Shown one piece after another: positions 60,668-64,000 of a stretch of DNA of 64,000 nt. The notes under the pieces were generated by a model, which saw nothing but the letters and a program-made list of their open reading frames with translations, was not told where the DNA came from and did no database searches. The translations under genes and the position numbers were made by a program. The first letter of the stretch is position 1; the number at the start of each line of letters is the position of its first letter. The stretch is from an uncultured archaeon (lineage in GTDB: Archaea; Asgardarchaeota; Lokiarchaeia; Sigyniarchaeales; SOKP01): positions 190,713 to 254,712 of the forward strand of contig CAZALK010000005.1 of NCBI GenBank assembly GCA_964486045.1, read 5' to 3'.

Positions 60668-61504
60668 TTATAATCTTATTTTTATAATGTCTCCTACTTT
60701 AAAATCGAATATATTTGCGGCGTGTCCTTGATTTATCGAAACTTCAAGAAAACCAGTAGATCCAACGAGAAATAACATAGAATCTTTAGGAACGCTTGAA
60801 AAGTGAGAAGAAAATATCCCTTCATACTTATTATCATTAATAAAGATGGAGATTTTTTGGTCATCCTCTAGTATTAAATCTGAATCTTTTATTTTATTTC
60901 CAATCATAGGAATTGTTGTTGTCACATTTCCGAAAGAATCTATACATTGAATTGAACTCAAGATACTTCTTTTTACTAAATCTATTTTCAAAATAATCGG
61001 TATTTTCATTAGACTATTAAAATCAAATGTTGAGCCCAGATTACTTAAAGGAAAGTTCTTTTCTCTCTTGATATAAGCACCAACTGGTGCCATGATATCT
61101 CTCCCATGAAATGTCGATGAGACAGGTTGATTAAAATATTCCTCATTTTGAATACTAATACACTCGGATATTTCCACTATATCAAATGTATTTGGGAAAA
61201 TCCCATTATCAGGACCAATGAAAAAATAATTTGAATGTGTTTTAAGTGCTATTATTCTTCTAGTACTACCAACTCCAGGATCCACGACAATTATAAATAC
61301 TGTGGTTTTTGGAAAATGTTTATAGGTAGTCTTTAATATGTAAGACGCCTCAATTATTGAATATGAAGAAATTCCATGTGAGATATCAATTATATTTACA
61401 TTGGGATTGATATTCAATATAACCGCTTTCATGACAGCTACATAATGTTGACCTTTCGGACCGAAATCTGTTAATAATGCAATGATGTGTTCCATGTTAT
61501 TCAA
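60668..61504 (-). CDS. SAM hydroxide adenosyltransferase (DUF62)
   Basis: LLTDFG, VVDPGVG, GPDNG, STFHGRD and DSFGN motifs. Confidence 0.92.
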   Translation of the reverse strand: MNNMEHIIALLTDFGPKGQHYVAVMKAVILNINPNVNIIDISHGISSYSIIEASYILKTTYKHFPKTTVFIIVVDPGVGSTRRIIALKTHSNYFFIGPDNGIFPNTFDIVEISECISIQNEEYFNQPVSSTFHGRDIMAPVGAYIKREKNFPLSNLGSTFDFNSLMKIPIILKIDLVKRSILSSIQCIDSFGNVTTTIPMIGNKIKDSDLILEDDQKISIFINDNKYEGIFSSHFSSVPKDSMLFLVGSTGFLEVSINQGHAANIFDFKVGDIIKIRL

Positions 61505-61608
61505 AAAGGATGGATGAATTTCTTTTTAGGAGAACTTTTTATTCACTATTTTATAAACACAACAAGATATATTCATAGAAAAAATTTATGAATATTAAAT
61601 GATAAAAA

Positions 61609-62511
61609 TTAGTTCTTCCGGTATTTTTGATCTACCTTATGGAAATCCTCAAGAGCTTTTGATTTCAGCCTATATTCTTCCTCTTTATCGAACTGCACTA
61701 ACTTTTTAGAAATTTCACTTGCACGTCTATATGTAATATAAGCTTTATGAAAGTCCTCATTCCTTAATGAATTACGTGCTTCTTCGACCAATTTTTCCCT
61801 CTCCTTTGATAATTCAGGAGTGCGCTTTGAAAATTCTCCTTTCTCTTTTAATGAATCAGCTATATCTGTTATATATAATTGTTCTGCTAATTCCCCCGCT
61901 TTGAAATAAAATTTTGCTGCTTTTTCGTGATCCTCAGTTTTTATGGCATTTTCAGCTGTGATATAGAATTCAGAGATTTTACTGTGTTCTCCATCTTCAA
62001 TTTTCTCTAATAAGTCTTGAGCTATTTTTCTTTCTTTCTTTCCGCCGCTCAGCATGAATTTTGTTATATTAATGATACTCTTCTTCAATTGTTCAGGTTG
62101 AAGGATATCAATTAATGGTTCTAAATGCTCGAGGTAAATGTCTTTCAATATAATTTCAAACTTCTCTTGAGGAATACCTAAGATGTTAAGACTTGGCATT
62201 TCTAATACTTCAGCAGCTTCTTTAAGAGAGGATCGGAATTTTTCTGTTTCATCTTCTTCATTTAATAACATCCCTATTATAACTCCTAAAGCTTTTCTGG
62301 CATTCTTTCCTTTAAATTTGTAATTAAATGAAAAAATATGATGATCTTTTAGCTTTAACAGATTATAATCGCTTTTTGAATGATCCAGATTTAATCTCAA
62401 GAAGAGATCATTTGAAATTTCAAAATCTGATTTTCCTTCTTTAAAATAATATCCTAATATTTGATAGTCGGAATCTGTGGGGAGTAATATTACAAAACAG
62501 CCACTTGGCAT
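61609..62511 (-). CDS. Hypothetical protein with longin/uDENN-like N-terminus and helical-repeat C-terminus
   Basis: Beta-beta-alpha-beta-beta-beta-alpha pattern, then two TPR/MIT-like repeats (EDHEKAAKFY / EDFHKAYITY). Confidence 0.5.
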   Translation of the reverse strand: MPSGCFVILLPTDSDYQILGYYFKEGKSDFEISNDLFLRLNLDHSKSDYNLLKLKDHHIFSFNYKFKGKNARKALGVIIGMLLNEEDETEKFRSSLKEAAEVLEMPSLNILGIPQEKFEIILKDIYLEHLEPLIDILQPEQLKKSIINITKFMLSGGKKERKIAQDLLEKIEDGEHSKISEFYITAENAIKTEDHEKAAKFYFKAGELAEQLYITDIADSLKEKGEFSKRTPELSKEREKLVEEARNSLRNEDFHKAYITYRRASEISKKLVQFDKEEEYRLKSKALEDFHKVDQKYRKN

Positions 62512-62580
62512 CTAAAATTAAACACCTCTTTAGTTATAAGTGAAAAATTCATTTGAATGAAAGTTTATTTAAATTTATTC

Positions 62581-63000
62581 TTACTCCTTGGTACCGATTA
62601 TTCTGTTAGTTTCTTCTCTTATCGATTGAATTATATTTAATAATTGGGCATAATATAGATTATCTGCAACTGTTTTTGAGGCTTGTTTTATTGTATCAAT
62701 AGCTTTCTTTTCTTCCTCAGCTATTACTTCAATTGATTTTTCGTCCCAAAGTTCTTTTATTTGGTTATTAAAATCATCACTTAAATCTTGGAGGTTCTTA
62801 CTTGATTGAATTCTGAATTGCTTCAACACTTCTACAATAAGCCTTATATTTTCTGTTATAGAAACCGTTTGTTCAGAAAAGTTTTGGGTCATATTAGTTA
62901 TTGAATCACTCATTTGGTTAATTTGAGCAATTGTTCCATCTAATGAGCCCATTATCTGATTTATCTTTTGGATCATCTCTTCCAATAATTGTTCTGCCAA
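62581..63000 (-). CDS. Coiled-coil protein
   Basis: Heptad pattern over the full 139 aa. Confidence 0.7.
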   Translation of the reverse strand: MAEQLLEEMIQKINQIMGSLDGTIAQINQMSDSITNMTQNFSEQTVSITENIRLIVEVLKQFRIQSSKNLQDLSDDFNNQIKELWDEKSIEVIAEEEKKAIDTIKQASKTVADNLYYAQLLNIIQSIREETNRIIGTKE

Positions 63001-63033
63001 TTTTTTTCACCAATTAATTATTAATAAATTACT

Positions 63034-63447
63034 TTATTCCATTATTTCCTCTTCTTTGAGGGAATCTTTAAGACTTTTTACAGAATCGATTGCCTCGGAT
63101 AATAGTAGATTCACAGTTTCTTGATTCAAAAGCCCCTCAGAGAGATTTGAAAAATCTTCAAGTTTTTTGATTAGGTTATTTAAGGCATCCAATCCTAATC
63201 CTTCTTGAATAACTTTCAATTCCTTTGTTGTTCCCTTGCCTATTTCTCTTACAGCATCAATATGCTTCGTTTGAGTTACATTAATCTCGCTTGAAAATTC
63301 CTCCAACTTCTCTGTAAGGCTTGAAATTTTTTCCTCAATATTTTCATTGAGAGCATTCAGTGATGTATTTAGGTCTTGTATTGATTTTCCTAATTGTGCT
63401 ATCCGCTTATAGATGTTCTGTAAAAGATCCGTTAACATCTCAGCCAT
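63034..63447 (-). CDS. Coiled-coil protein
   Basis: Heptad pattern; N-terminus similar to the downstream gene (MAE.L..L.Q.I). Confidence 0.7.
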   Translation of the reverse strand: MAEMLTDLLQNIYKRIAQLGKSIQDLNTSLNALNENIEEKISSLTEKLEEFSSEINVTQTKHIDAVREIGKGTTKELKVIQEGLGLDALNNLIKKLEDFSNLSEGLLNQETVNLLLSEAIDSVKSLKDSLKEEEIME

Positions 63448-63683
63448 GGTTTATTCACTTAATCAATATTTTTTGAAGGTTTATTTAACACTCATTTTTT
63501 CATATTATAAATATAACAGATTACATCAATAAAAAAATATTCAATAAAAAAATATTTATCTTTTTTCTTATTTAATTAGAATATAAACACAATTAAGATT
63601 AATAGCCATCGGATTAATTAATAAATAGAAAACAGTAATAATAAGAGATACTTTAGATAGCAAATTTGTGTTTCTAACAATCA

Positions 63684-63859
63684 GGGCCATTTGCTTAGCC
63701 TGGTTAACAAGGTTTTATATGCTTGGTCAACAAGCGCAGGTCTTATAAATGACCGTCGGACATACAAGAGTATAATTGTCCGAGAAAGTAAAAACCTGAG
63801 ATCCGGGGTTCAATTGATGATTGGGATTCCCTTCGTCAGAATCCACCCCCGATGGCCCA
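63684..63859 (+). tRNA. tRNA-Ile(UAU) with three non-canonical introns (63707-63731, 63749-63793, 63814-63844)
   Basis: Removing the three BHB/BHL introns gives a 75-nt cloverleaf: GGGCCAT TT GCTT AGCCTGGTTA AAGC G CAGGT CTTATAA ACCTG AGATC CGGGG TTCAAAC CCCCG ATGGCCC A, followed by a T-tract. Confidence 0.85.
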
Positions 63860-64000
63860 TTTTTTTTATTTTAAAAATTATTTTCGTGAAACATCAATTT
63901 CACGATGATTCATCAATATCAGAAAGATATTAAAAGAAAAAGGTCTAATTGACTAAATTTTAACTTTTAATTTTATTATTTTTTTAGCTTATTCTTATAT

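Noticed and set aside
63526-63555. 2 x 15-bp tandem tcaataaaaaaatat
   Set aside because: Low-complexity AT-rich duplication with no spacers; not CRISPR-like.
63691-63933. 80-aa ORF
   Set aside because: Overlaps the triple-intron tRNA; spurious.

Overview
AT-rich archaeal chromosomal window, most likely an Asgard archaeon (Lokiarchaeia/Promethearchaeota-like). The assignment rests on archaeal ribosomal and ether-lipid genes plus Vps28-, Yip1-, LITAF- and longin-like proteins. Content is mostly housekeeping: pterin enzymes, an ether-lipid cluster, sulfatase plus maturase, shikimate genes, the uL11-uL1-uL10-P1 operon, secY, eL14, cmk, eL34 and RtcA. The main result is that four protein-coding genes are each interrupted by a 28-30 nt insert: an AIR-synthase-like gene, a small Zn-finger gene, adenylate kinase and ribosomal protein uL11. 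Each insert folds into a bulge-helix-bulge (BHB) or relaxed bulge-helix-loop (BHL) motif and carries an in-frame stop. Cutting at the standard tRNA-splicing-endonuclease positions restores the reading frame exactly, and also the conserved motif in the three genes where one can be checked. This points to a dense system of tRNA-endonuclease-type mRNA introns. The window also has a tRNA-Ser(GGA) with one intron and a hidden tRNA-Ile(UAU) with three non-canonical introns. Further features are a 1.16-kb insertion at the secY 3' end bounded by 17-bp direct repeats, an intronless truncated paralog next to the intron-bearing AIR-synthase-like gene, and a probable ATT start codon in eL34. All calls come from reading the sequence by eye; no searches were run.
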